From positions 8,496,001 to 8,560,000 of the forward strand of contig CM075993.1 in assembly GCA_038087875.1 (NCBI GenBank): DNA of 64,000 bases, read 5' to 3'. Below, piece by piece: positions 50,497 to 63,460 of the stretch. The DNA comes from Malacoraja senta. Taxonomy: Eukaryota. The first letter of the stretch is position 1. Each line of letters starts with the position of its first letter. Made by a program: the position numbers and the translations under genes. Under the pieces are notes generated by a model that worked only from the letters and a program-made list of their open reading frames with translations, was not told the DNA's origin and made no database searches.

Positions 50497-51027
50497 TGTT
50501 AGAATTCATGGGATTTCCAGTCTGTCCCAGGCCATGTTTCACGTCGCCATGATTAACAACCGATAAAGAGAAACACAGATGCTAAACAGAAACTGCAGTG
50601 TCAAGGATGCCTTCTGTCTGCCTCTTTCCCATTTTCATTAACATTGTCTAAAATGCATTGTTTTGTAGTAAAAATAATTACTTGAGGAGGGAAAGCACAT
50701 AAACCGTTCATGTGGACATACAATTATAATGGGGCTGCCAACTTTTTCAACGATTAGGATTACTAATTGGCTAAAATGTATATATTTGCATTGGATTAAA
50801 TCAAAGAGACAAACAGTGAACAGTAGGTTGCCATTAAAGGCAATTTTTTTTATTTTCTATGATAAATTGCTCTGTTCTGCTGAAGTGCAGAACTATTCTA
50901 AACCCATAAATAAAGTTTCCTGGCAAAAAATCTCAGCCACTACAGATTTAGGCAAAAAATGGATATCTGCAATCTATTGTCATGTTGAAGGCGTAACAGG
51001 GGGTGATTGAAGCAGAGACCAGTGATT

Positions 51028-52870
51028 ATAGAGTCATACAATACGGAAACAAGCCCTTCATCTCAACTTGCCCATGCCGACCAGGATAGTCCATCTATAC
51101 TGGTCCCATCTGCCTGCATTTGGCCCATATCCCTCTAAACATTTCCTGTCCATGTACCTGTTCAACTGTCTTTAAAATGTTCTTATAATACCTGCCTTAA
51201 TTATCTCTTCTGGCAGCTCTTTGCAAATACCCACTATGCTCTGTGTGAAAAAGTTGCCCCTCATTTTCCTATTAAATCTTTCCCCTCGCGCCTTAAACCC
51301 ATGTCCTCTGGTTGTCGGTTTCTCAATTCGGGAACAGATTCTGTGCACTCGCCCTATCCATTCCCTCATGATCTTACACACCTCCTTAAGATCACTTTTC
51401 ATCCTCCTGAGCTCCAAGGAAAAAAGTCCTAGCCTGCCCAACCTCAGACCCTTGAGTCCTGGCAACATCCTCGTAAATCTTCTCCACACTCTTTCCAGCT
51501 TAATATTATCCTTTATATAGCAGGGTGACCATAATTGAACACAATACTCCATCAAAATCTGAAACATAACATCCCAACTTCTATACATAATACACTGAGT
51601 AATGAAGGCCAATGTACACAAAGCCTTCTTGACCATCTTATATACCACTATGTACCAGCAGTCCTAGATCCTTCTGCTCTACAACATTCTCCAATGCCCT
51701 GCCATTCACCCTGAAGTTCCTGTCCTGGTTTGACTTCTGACATCTGCAAAGTTACTAATCATGCTGTCTACATTCTCATCCAAGTCATTGAGATAAACCA
51801 CAAACAGCAATGGGCCCCATTGCCGATCCCCGAGGCACACCTCTAGTCAAAGGTCTCCAGTCAGAAAAATAATCTTCATTCCACCACCACTCTCTGCTTC
51901 TCTATCCAGTTAGCTAGCTCTCCCTCGATCCCTTGTGATCTAACCTTCCAGAGAAGCCTACCATACGGAACCTTATCAAATGCCTTGCTGAAGTCCATAT
52001 AAACGTCTAAGGCTTTGCCCTCATCAACCTTTTTAAATACTTCTTCACAAAACTCAATCAGATTCATAAGACACAATGTCCCACATACAAAACCAGACTG
52101 GTTATATCCCTATTCAGCCCCTCTATCCAAATGCATATATATCTTATCCCTCAGAATCCTCTCCAGCAACTTGCCTGGCTCATTGCTGTATTTTCCATGC
52201 AGTCTTTTCCATGCAGCCCTTCTTTAATAAAGGCACAATGTTAGCCACCCTCATGACTTCCAGCACCTCACCCCTGTCTAATGATGCCTCGTATACCTCA
52301 GTCAGGGAGCCTGCAATTAATTTTCTGGCCTCCCAGTGTCCTCTGATTATCTGATCAGGCTCAGGAGATTATCTACCTTCATACACCTTAGGATTTTCAG
52401 CACTTCCTCAACTTTAATACTGAATGTCCTCAAGACACTTCCATTAACTGTCCCAAGTTCCCCAGTCTTCATGTCTTTATCCATGATAAAAAGAGGAGAA
52501 ATACTCAGAGACCCATACCCTGCAGCTCCACACAGAGATGACTACTTTGGTTTCTGAGGGGCCATATTCTCTCTCTAGTCACTGCCTTTCCCTTAATACA
52601 CATACAATCTATTTGGATTTTCCATAATATTATCTCCTGTCCCCTTGTTTCCTTCCTGATTTCCTTAAGTATGCTCCTCCGTTCCTGAAACTCCTGCAGG
52701 ATTTAATCCCTGCTGCCAGTACCTGTCCCATGCCTCCAGCTGTTTCCTGACCAGAGCCTCAATTTCTCTCATCATCCAAGCTTCCTTACTCCCACCTGCC
52801 TTGCCCTCCACTCTAACAGCATGCCCTGAACTATTATCATCATGCTTTTAACAGCATCCCATCTTCCAAA
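51028..52870 (-). mobile_element. Degenerate CR1 LINE
   Basis: VYMDFSKAFDKVPYGRLLWKV, EYCVQLWSP, MRGNFFTQ. Confidence 0.85.
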
Positions 52871-55800
52871 CGTTTATGTATTCTGAATCATTATGTATTT
52901 GTAAAGTTTGCATAGAGGTCAGGGGATGATCCCAGAACAGGTTGAACCTGCCCTGAGGACAGACATGGCTCATTCTACGGTATTACAGTGATTCTATAAT
53001 CAAGTTTCGATAGACTTAATTTCAAATGAAGACCACCTATTTTGGACTAAATTATCCATTGTAAGCTGAAGTACAGGGAAGTAAGAGGACATTAATATAG
53101 ATAACATCGAACAGTACAGCATAGGAACGGGCCCTTCAGCCAACAATATCCGTGCCGAACATGAACCTAAGATAAACTCTTCTCCTCTGCCTGCACGTGA
53201 TCCATATTCCTCCATTCCTTCATATCCATGTGCCCCTGTGCCCATTTTAAACTCCATATCCTAATATGCTTGCCCAAGAGGGGTAAATAGAACTGAAGTA
53301 TTGATCAGCCATGATTTAGTTAGCAGATCAAGCAAGATAGAAGAACTGAATGTTCTTCTCATGGTCCTGTGTTTCTACATTGTTTAGGGATCCAAATTTA
53401 AAGGCATTTTCCCTGGCAATCTACTGGATTGTGAATTTCCTTTTTGCTCCCAGTTCACTCTTGCATCCTGTTCTGCCTTATGAGAGATATAAATAAAGAT
53501 GTCTTGGATATCTAACTTCCTCTCTTTTAAAGCTGGGAAATATTGTATTGTGGTTTCTATCGCAGCCTCAAGGTACCCCAAGTCACTTTCCAGCCAATGA
53601 TCTATGAGGTGCAGTCACTGTTGTAATGTTGGGAATGGTCATTGTGGACCTGCACTAATGGTTCACAAAACAGCCCTGTGATAAACGTCTCTGAGAGACT
53701 TTGATTAAAGGATAAATACCAGCCAGGATATTGAGGGAGAACTACTTTGTTCAAAGTAGTGAATGTGGAAGTTGATATACTTACCCAAGAGTATTATATC
53801 TGACCTGAACGATGACACTCCATTAGTCATAGATTTCCTTCAGTGAACTGGAGCATCAGCCTACATTAAAGATGCTTTAGTGTGGATCCCGAGTGCACAG
53901 GCTTGGGTTGGAGCACAACGTGTTGTCACTGAACTGTGTTCAAATGCAGTTCATTATGTCAGGTCCTGAGACACATACATAATTCTTTGAATCTCTAATT
54001 GAATTGTCGGTTTGTTCCTTAACTGATGGGAAGAGTTTAGTGGTGAGGAAGAAAATGTAATAATCAGCGTTCGAGCTGCAGATGGAACGATTTGACTGTG
54101 GTCACCGTTAACTAATGCTTTGGCTGTTTTATCCCCCATGAGTTTGTCTTGGTGACTAACTTGTGTATTTTAGCTGGCTATTGAGCTTGCTTGCTTTAAG
54201 CAGTTGTTGTGCCAAATGCACTTTTGGCACATCAAATGCATGTGCATATTACTGCGAGGTTGGTATACTTTCACCATGGTTGTTAAATTAAATGTTAAGT
54301 TGAAGTTACCTGTAGTATTTGTTAAGCAATGTTCCTGTAAACATCATGTGATCACAAATTGGATGGTCCAATTCCTATATTGCAGCTGTAATTGGATCCA
54401 AAAAGCAAAAGACTTAACTGACTGTAAAGCACTTTTACATTGGCCCATCATATAAGATGCTGCGTTAAAAACAAGGCTTTCCCCCTACACCAACCTTTGA
54501 GGAAGTAAGAATTTGGGTGTGTGTGTAATGGAGAGGAAAATGTGGTGTTGGTGCGCCCTGACATGGAAATGCCCTCAATGTCAAGACTTCAGTGAAGACT
54601 AAAGACGGCCCATATTGTATACAGATGATCTCGGTTTGCACAGTCCTGCCTGCTGCACCTGTGGCGTGTAATCTATCTTTTTTTGTATTTATAGCAAACT
54701 ACAGAGATAGAACCCGATCCTAGCTCACTTACACAGTACTGCAGTTCATTACACCTTGTGCCGAGGCATGGCAATGACTTTAATTCTTCATCACTAAGGG
54801 GATTATCAAGATGCCAGCTAATTCATTCCTGGAGAGAGGTGAGAGGCCGCTCTCTGCAGCCCATACGGGAAATCCTATAGCATTTTGTGTTAGTTGCATA
54901 TAATGCTCTGTGCGGTGAACAGCGCCCTTGTCAGCACACCCGCAGAGCCATGTGTATCTTGGTGTTGGGTTTCCTGGTGCATTGGGAATTCTACATAATT
55001 GAATTTTCACTTTATTCTTGTCTTCATTGTGGCATGGAGGTGTTTGTACAAAAGAAGCATTAATTTCAGGGCAGTCACTGACAAACTGCAGTAAAATCAA
55101 ATATTTGCTTTCTGTGTATAAAAAACTGCACTGCAGGAGCCTGTGAAACAACTGCCACCATTACCACTTACACTTAGAAACACTCAAAGGAAGGGACCAT
55201 ACAGAAGTCAAAAGCATTTTATACATATTTAAGTAATGGGGAAATGGAATTTATTCTATTAGGAAGAATTTGGGAAATTAGTTCTGCATTTTCTGGTCCT
55301 GTCCTAAACTGAAGCAATATTGAGAATGACCTTGTATAGAGAATGCTGAGATGATGGCACGCTTCATCATTACTGGAAATCCAGGTTAGTTTTGATGACC
55401 TTAAATGCAAATTGGAATTTATTGCATCATCATTCACTTCAGTCGATGACACACAATTAAACTGATCCGACATCTTCCAATTCCAATCCTGTTCTGCTGC
55501 GTAGAATCCAGGTTTGATTTAACACATGATTCATGTAATAAATAGAGCAATATTATTCCCAGTAATTGACATATTTACCTGGTCATAATGAATAAAGCAT
55601 GTTTAATTCCAATAATTGTGCACCATTTCTGCTTCAAATTTAATTATTTGTCACACAACAAATGGATGGAGAATTTCAGATAAATGGTTTCTGAGGTACA
55701 AGATGATAGGCACTGTTTATTACTGAAAATATGCTTTTAACTGTTTGAGAATGATTTATCTTGCTTTAAATAATAGTTTTGGAAAACATTCTTTTATTCT

Positions 55801-56464
55801 TCAATTATATGTTGCAGCGGGAGTTCAACTGATCCTTGTAGAATGGGTTGGTCACAGATTGAACTCCAGACTATGCTGTCTACAGCTGGGATATTGGGAC
55901 GCATTGCTACAGTTAGGTTTCATTATAAATAATAAGATCTCATTATAAATAATATCTCGGCATGTAATCCGTTACATAGGGTGCCCAGTTGGTGTGAAGT
56001 CAGGTTCTTCACACCATAAAACAGTGCAGAACAGGAACTGTTTACAATGTCCATGCCGAACATGATGCCTAATTTCAGCCTGTAAGTAATCCACACCTCT
56101 CCATTCCCTTCACATCCATGTGCCCATCTAAAAGCTTCTCAAATGCCATTATTCAATCTGTTTTCACTACCACTGCTTGCAGCATGTTCCACATACCCAC
56201 CATTCTGTGTTTAAAAAAAAAAAATAGTCCCACACATTTCTGTTCAACTTTCCACCTCTCACCTTAAAGCTAGCAAGCGGACGGGGCAGTACAGTGTTGC
56301 AGCAGTAACTACAGATATGGGTGCTGAGGGATTTGGATGGCATGTAAACAAGAAGGTTGGTTGCAGGGTTATAGGAAAGTAAGGAGAGAAGGTATGAGAC
56401 TGGGAATTGATATGCACTTGACAGGCCAACAGGCAACCTGTGTCCTTAGAGAGAGGAAAGCAAT

Positions 56465-57056
56465 ATAGAAACATAGAAAATAGGTGCAGGAGTAGGCCAT
56501 TCGGCCCTTCGAGCCTGCACCGCCATTCAATATGATCATGGCTCATCATCCAACTCAGTATCCCATCCCTGCCTTCTCTCCATACCCCCTGATCCCTTTA
56601 GCCACACGGGCCACATCTAACTCCCTCTTAAATATAGCCAATGAACTGGCCTCAACTACTTTCTGTGGCAGGGAATTCCACAGATTCACCACTCTCTCTC
56701 TGAAAAAAAAAAATCATCTCGGTCCTAAAAGACTTCCCCCTTATCCTTAAACTGTGACCCCTTGTCCTGGACTTCCCCAACATCGGGAACAATCTTCCTG
56801 CATCTAGCCTGTCCAACCCCTTAAGAATTTTGTAAGTTTCTATAAGATCCCCCCTCAATCTTCTAAATTCTAGCGAGTACAAGCCGAGTCTATCCAGTCT
56901 TTCTTCATATGAAAGTCCTGCCATCCCAGGAATCAGTCTGGTGAACCTTCTCTGTACTCCCTCTATGGCAAGAATGTCTTTCCTCAGATTAGGAGACCAA
57001 AACTGGAGCAATACTCCAGGTGTGGTCTCACCAAGGCCCTGTACAACTGCAGTAGA
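56465..57056 (-). mobile_element. CR1 LINE 3' fragment, well preserved
   Basis: QFWSPNLRKDILAIEGVQRRFTRLIPGMAGLSYEERL. tagaaacatagaaaataggtgcagg tail. Confidence 0.9.
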
Positions 57057-57179
57057 ATATCCACTCATGTCACGCATCCTGAGCAAAGCGTAGTCAAAGT
57101 CGGGGAACTGACTGTCATTCTGATTCCACAGTGGGAGTGGACAATTTAAAGCAGTATAGATTTTACAAGGCATTTGAGT

Positions 57180-57692
57180 ATTTGTGTTCAATTTAGGTCA
57201 CGCTGCTATAAAAAGGATCCCGTTAAGCTGGAAAGAGTGCAGAGAAGATTTATGATGATATTGCCAGGACTCTAGGCCCTGAGCACTAAAGAGAGGTTGG
57301 GCAGACTAGGACTTTATTCCTTGGAGCGCAGGAGACTGAGGGGTGATCTTATAGAGGTGGATAAGATCATGAGGGGGAATTGATCGGGTGAATGTACAGT
57401 CTTCTAGCCTGAGTAAGGGAATCAAGAAACAGAGGACATAGGTTTAACATGAGAGAGGAAAGATTTAGTAGGAACCTGAGGGGCAAGGGGTGGTAGGTAT
57501 ATGGAAGAAACTGCTAGAGGAGGTAGCTGAGGCAGGTACTATAACAACATTTAAAAGATAACTAGTACATGGATAGAGTTAGGTTTGGAGGGATATGGGC
57601 CAAATGCGGGCATGTGGGACTAGTGTAGATGGGGCATCTTGGTTAGGATGGGCAAGTGGGGCCAAAAGGCCTGTTTACGTGCTGTACGACTG
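57180..57692 (+). mobile_element. CR1 LINE 3' fragment
   Basis: aagctggaaagagtgcagagaagattta...ggagactgaggggtgatcttatagagg...ggcctgtttacgtgctgtacgact. Confidence 0.85.
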
Positions 57693-58737
57693 AGAGATAT
57701 ATATTGAGAAGAGGCAATAACCATTCGATGGGAACTTGGAAGTTTGTTTGAAAAGAGGCATAATCTATCTTTAATTCTTTGCCAGGATTAAGAATCAGAT
57801 ATCACTGACAACATAATGACTAGTATCAGGGTCATTACAATCTCCTGAATAGCCCCCAAGAGTAGAATTAACAGTTGAGCTACATTCAGAATTAATATAA
57901 TCTGTATCGATTCCATAAAACAGTCAGTCAGCTGACTGGTTTGTGTATTACACAACAATTTCCTTTTCCTCTCACATTACGGATGAGAGTGGTTCAGCTT
58001 CCTGCGGGGCTGCAGTACCCAACACCCCCCCCCTGCCTCACAGGTTGGGAATACCAGAGATATTCTGCCGTGAGTTGTCATGAAATTCTCTCAGGAACAC
58101 CTCTCCTCTCCATCAGTGAGTCAGTCGCCCTCGGGATGCATCTCAGCCCCCTGCCCGTCCTGTACAGGAAGCAGCTGTGGAGCCAGTGAACTCCAACAGT
58201 TTATTACAGTGCCCAGGCCCCGCTTGTTGTGGACGGCACAAGGGAACAGGCGAGGGGGCAGCTGTTCCCCATCACGCTCAATTACAGCAGCCTCTGCACC
58301 CGCTCCCAGCATGAATCACGCTACCTCATGGAGTGATTACTCTGCAGAACAAGGTCCCCTCAATCCTTTCCCAAAGTGGAATCGGACCTGTATACAGTTT
58401 CCTGAAATTTCAGAATGTTACATTCCAACAGTGGACCTGACTTGACCGCTCGCAGCTCACCTATCCACAGGGCCATTACAATAGTTAATTTCTCCTCTCC
58501 CGCCTCACCTCCTCAGTGAGGAGGGATGCATGGCTTCCTGGAGGGGGTGGAGCACAAATAACTACAGGGAGTCAATAATCTTGAAGTAATTTAGTTAGAA
58601 AGTTTGCCAAACAAATTAAAAATTATTAAATAAATGTACTCAGGCACACCACTTACCCCGGGAATTCCAGCTACCTAGAAGGAGTGGCCCAAAATGATAG
58701 GAGACAAATATGGATATTTTACCAATTGTGAACTTTC

Positions 58738-59500
58738 GTAGAGACATACAGCCCAGAACCAGGCCATTCGGCCCACCACATCCATACTGATCGCATTGCC
58801 CTCAGCACTTATCCCTAGCTTTGTAGAATACGTAAGAATAGTCAATATCCTACGCCTTGCTATTCAACTGCCTGTCTAAAAGCCTTTTAAACATAGTGAT
58901 TGTATCCAACTCCACCAACTCTTCTGGTAGCCAAGTCCCAAAGTCATCAATTCTCTATATGTGTTTAAAAAATCTTGTCAGATCCCCTTTAAAACTCCTC
59001 CCTTTCACTTTAAACCTGTGCCCTCATAGGTAAATGATACTGTCTATTCTACCTATGCTGCTTATAAATATTCGATGCCTCTCTCAGGTCACTGCTTACC
59101 CTTCTTCACATCCAGCCTGTCCACTCTCTCCCCCATACTGTAGTTTCCAATCCAGGCAACATCATGGTGATCTCCTCCGCACTCTCTCCAGTGCAGTCAC
59201 ATCCATCTCTATTGTGGCAATCAGTACTGCACACAATTCTCCAAGTATGTTTAACTAGTGTGTTGTAAAGTTGTAACACAAGCTCTCAACATTTGTATCC
59301 CATGCCCCAACTTGTGAAGCAAGCATATCAGGTGCCTTTGTCACCACCCACTTTGCCTGTGTTGGCAATTTGAGGGAATTCCGAAGGATCTTCAAGGTCC
59401 CTCCTTTCATCAACAGATCTTAGTCCTCTCCCATTTACTGTGAAAAATATCCTATTCCTAATTGACTTACCCAAATGCATCTCCTCCCACTTGTCCATCC
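58738..59500 (-). mobile_element. Old degenerate CR1 LINE
   Basis: aggccattcggcccacc tail, plus ctccgcactctctccag and tactgcacacaattctcca. Confidence 0.7.
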
Positions 59501-60198
59501 AGATAAGTTGGAAACCAATGCTCAGAGGAAGGAATTCCAATGTTTCCTGCATTAAACCAGTAACTGCACTTCAAAGAATCAAAGTTAATTGACTACAACG
59601 CTCTTCGGATATACTGGTTTACCCAGCCTTTCTCCATACCATTTTGCCACTCGACAAGTCTGTCAGAGAAATTCTGGCATAAGAACTTCATGCCCACTGC
59701 TCACCACCCGCTAACCCCGCTTGTCACATGTCTCCTGCAGCCTTCCTTTGCCCATGGGGTACTGTGCAATGTGATTCAGGGCACTCACTTTGTAGAGGAT
59801 TACTGAGGTGAGCTTGATGTGGATGTACTGATGTAGCTCAGCAAAGTGAATAATTTCCTTTTCCAAACAGTCGAATCTTTATTAATTTTACAAGTTTCAT
59901 CTGACTAGGCTGAAGTAAATAAAACTGCCCAATTATAATGTTATCCTGAATAGATCAATGGACTTGGGTTAACACTTCAGCAGTTCTGTTTAAACTCTCC
60001 TATATAGTAATGGATTTTGTCACGTTGCATTTTCTTAGAGGATGTTTTTATAGATTCTCCTCATGCCAATATATACTTCAGAAATCCCAGGGTTTTTTAT
60101 TTCCTTCGCTTGGTATAATTTGGTTCTGGATAGTATGCTCATGTCTGTTTGCAGTTGTTGGTTTACTGTAGTGAGTGACCCGGGATTGTACTTTCCAG

Positions 60199-60580
60199 GA
60201 ATCTGAAAGCAGGTTGTGGTCTTACGTGTATCCTAACAAATACTCCGAGCAGCAAAAGGCAGAAGAGGAGCGGTGGAAAGAAGCTGAGCGAGATCGTAAA
60301 TTTAAAGACGAGGGCTCATCGCGAATAAGAAGCAAAGAGATAGCAGTTAAAGAGGAAAGCAAGGACAACATGTGCTTGGAGTCCCGCTCAACGTCACTGG
60401 AAGAATGTCGATCAGTTGGAAAAGATCCCAGATCAGGACTTCACATCCCTGTGTCCTCATCGATGGTCCAGCACCCATCTTACATGCCGTACGTTCATGG
60501 CTACCCTTACGGAAAGCCGTACGAAGCCCCTCATCCAGGATTCCGAGGGGTAACGCCAGTCATGATGCAGAATTATCCAG
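60199..60580 (+). CDS. ZNF609: ZNF609 coding exon, 382 bp (ESESRLWSYVYPNKY...VMMQNYP-G)
   Basis: Acceptor tactttccag, donor ccag|gtacgc. Phase 0 start matches the previous exon. Resembles the ZNF609 segment EAEPRMWTYVYP...VMMQNYPG as recalled. Confidence 0.93.
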
Positions 60581-61112
60581 GTACGCTCATGGGCTCATTT
60601 ATCACGTCGGGTATTGGGGAGAACCATCATCGCAACAAATCAATAAAATCGAGGATAAGAGATCGCTCGATCATCACTTATCCAAACAGTAGCGCAATGT
60701 TCAAGTCAATGGGTGATGAAAGCTATTTCATGAGTAAATGATTTAATGAGATTGAATGAGAAAACGATTTAGAAAATATGCCTCACCGTCAGGCCAAGTA
60801 TGTGCATTGTTTCTTTGTCCAGGCTGTTCCTCATCGCAGGATCAATGCAGGATACGCCACTGACATGACAAGACTTAAATGCAGCCAGTTGTGTTTCTAA
60901 AAGATGAGTAAGGAAACTCAGTCAAAATATTTCAATCAAACTCCCTTCCTTGAAGGGATAGTGCTATAGTTAGCGTGAGTAAATGGTACTGCTGGTCTGC
61001 TGTGAACAGTGAAACTGCCCAGGTTAATCATTGTGAACTATAAAGCTCTGCTCATTTACATTCAAAACTGTGCTTTGTTTACAATTGATTTGGGCCAACA
61101 TTTGTTCTTCAG

Positions 61113-61288
61113 GATCATACCTGTCATCGGGATTCTCTTTCTCACCTTATGCAAGTAAGGTTCCGGGACACGATGACAATGAACGAGCTCATGGGAGTCC
61201 TGGTGTGGGCAACAAGTCAAGCTCTGAATCCATGGCCCTAGATATCTTGCAGCAACATGCCAGTCAGTACAAGAGCAGATCACCCACG
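61113..61288 (+). CDS. ZNF609: ZNF609 coding exon, 176 bp (GSYLSSGFSFSPY...ALDILQQHASQYKSRSPT)
   Basis: Acceptor tttgttcttcag, donor acg|gtaagt. Phase 1 start matches the previous exon. Contains the conserved ALDILQQHAS.YKS.SPT motif. Confidence 0.93.
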
Positions 61289-61469
61289 GTAAGTGTGCAA
61301 GGTCTGTGGACAATATAATCCTTGTATCGCATCCGTCATTCAGTTCCATGCTCTACGCTGGATGAGGTGACTCCCTCCTAAGCTTTGACAGGAAATGGCG
61401 ACGTGCACTTCTGCAGAAGTTAGCAGGATTACTTACGTATAATTGGTGGCTCATCACAGAATCCTTTTC

Positions 61470-61708
61470 GAAGGTAGATACAAAATGCTGGAGTAACTCA
61501 GCTGGACAGGCAGAATCTCTGAAGAGAAGGAATGGGTGACATTTTGGGTCGAGACCCTTCCTCAGTCTGTCTTCAGTCATTATGTCTTCAGTGTAAAGAA
61601 GGGTCTCGACCCGAAAAGTCACTCATTCCTTCTCTCCAGAGATGCTGCCTGCCCCGCTGAGTTACTCCAACATTTTGTATCTAAACCAGCATCTGCAGTT
61701 CTCCCCTA
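61470..61708. mobile_element. PLE pLTR fold-back insertion with 15-bp TSD cacagaatccttttc
   Basis: TSD copies at 61455-61469 and 61709-61723; inverted arms. Confidence 0.88.
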
Positions 61709-62083
61709 CACAGAATCCTTTTCTGTTATCTCTGTTGCTTGAGTATAATCAATGACCTTCAGTCATGCGATCTGATCAACTCCACTGGTGTCGCTTCCGC
61801 TAACATTCATCAAGCTCCTTCATTGCTTTCATAGTGGCTGCTTGCGGCATTATGTTCCCTCTGCTCCTCTCAGCTCTTGAAAATGGTTTCTTTATTTAGT
61901 GCTGTCTAACTGCTGTTTGTCATCTCTTACCCTTGAACAGCTTTTTATCAATCTTAAATCCCACTCACACAGCTCCTCCATTTTTAAAACTGCTTCAAAA
62001 AAAGATTAGCGTCTTCTGATGCCTCCCACTTTACCATTCAGCAACCTTCATCCTCTCTAAACCAGCACAAAATTGATTTAGGC

Positions 62084-62370
62084 TTTAGAGATACAGTGCA
62101 GAAACAGGCCCTTCGCCCACTGAGTCCACGCAAACTAGCGATCAACCCATACACTAACACTATCCTACACGCAAGGGACAATTTACAGAAGCCAATTAAC
62201 CTACAAACCTGTACGTCTTTAGAGTGGGAAGAAACCGGAGCATCCAGAGAAAACCCACGAGGTCACAAGGAGAACATGCAAACTCCGTACAGACACCACC
62301 TGTCGTCAGGGTCGAACCCGGGTCTCTGGTTCGGTAAGGCAGCATCTCTATCGCTGGGCCACCGTGTCAC
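62084..62370 (-). mobile_element. HE1/V-SINE
   Basis: ttagagatacagtgcagaaacaggcccttcg tail, V-domain, and reverse-complement B box gggtcgaacccggg. Confidence 0.87.
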
Positions 62371-63460
62371 CTGAGTTCTGAAAACTCTTCCAACATTTCT
62401 CTCATCCTTGGGACAAAGTGCAAGAACGAGCCTGTTACCCGATTCCTTTCTCATCTCTAAACCCTTGCTTGCTTCTCTGTCACCTCTAAAGTCCTTCCCT
62501 ATTTCTAATACAATAATCTGATTTCACCCCCTCACCCTCCATTGCTGTCCTCATACCCTACGCTGTCTTCTCCACCCACCATACTCACACTGATGACGTA
62601 TAGATGTGTGCTCTTTGGTTCGTATTCTTTGATGGTGCCAATGTAACACTTTACCTACAGCCTTGGAGAATCTTATCCAAGAATTATTTATTTGGTGCTG
62701 GCTCGAAGGGCTGAATTGTCTATTGTTGTTCAGAAATCCTATTCAACTTTCAGTTTTATCGTTAACCTCTCAAGTTAGAAAATTCTGTGGGTTTTTTCAG
62801 AATCTGTTCAATGTTGGCGGCATTTTAGTCTACAGATGTAATTTTTTAAAAACATTTATTTACTAATGTGACTGGTGACATCTTGCTCCAGGCTCTGATA
62901 GGAAACCCATCTGTCTCACTGCCTCAGTAATGAGGCTTTTTGGTGTAAAGGTGTTGACTCAATCTCAAATCATCAACCTCCAATTGTTAGAGTAAGATGC
63001 ATTATCTGCCGACGTGATGTCCGCAGAATGTAGAATTAATAAAGCCAAAATCCCAGCCTTGCCGTTGCTCTCAAACTGTCATTAATTCAGACCTCGTACT
63101 ATAAGACCATATGGTCACTGGTTTGGAATTTGATCAAGCAGCAGATATGAGAAAGGCAAAGTTTTTGGCTAATGCCAGGGGTGTGAGGAGAGAAGGTGTG
63201 CCCCATGATGTGGGAGTGTGTACCTTTATAATGTTATAATGTGAGTAATACAAAACCGAGCTGAGATCACTTTTGTGTTGTGAGGGAACAGCTTTACCTT
63301 TTGTACACAAATGCCGCTCATCTTGGGAATCTGTTTGAATCCAGCATAGACACGCTTTTAACTAATCTATGCACATGGATTCAAAACTAATTTCCAATTG
63401 AAGTAAATGGAAATTGCCTACAGTGGTTTTGAAGGACAGAAGTTTAAAATGAGGAATAGT

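Noticed and set aside
60581..60741. Open frame continuing past the exon donor
   Set aside because: Homology ends at the donor after 60580 and resumes at 61113, so this is intronic read-through.
4853..61708. CRISPR-like array, or classical MITEs, for the recurring palindromic module
   Set aside because: Copies are dispersed and not regularly spaced, the context is eukaryotic, TSD lengths vary, and the sequence matches the PLE 3' end.
62892..62930. Possible terminal exon after tcttgctccag (ALIGNPSVSLPQ*)
   Set aside because: No resemblance to the expected ZNF609 C-terminal sequence with its His tract, and a weak pyrimidine tract.
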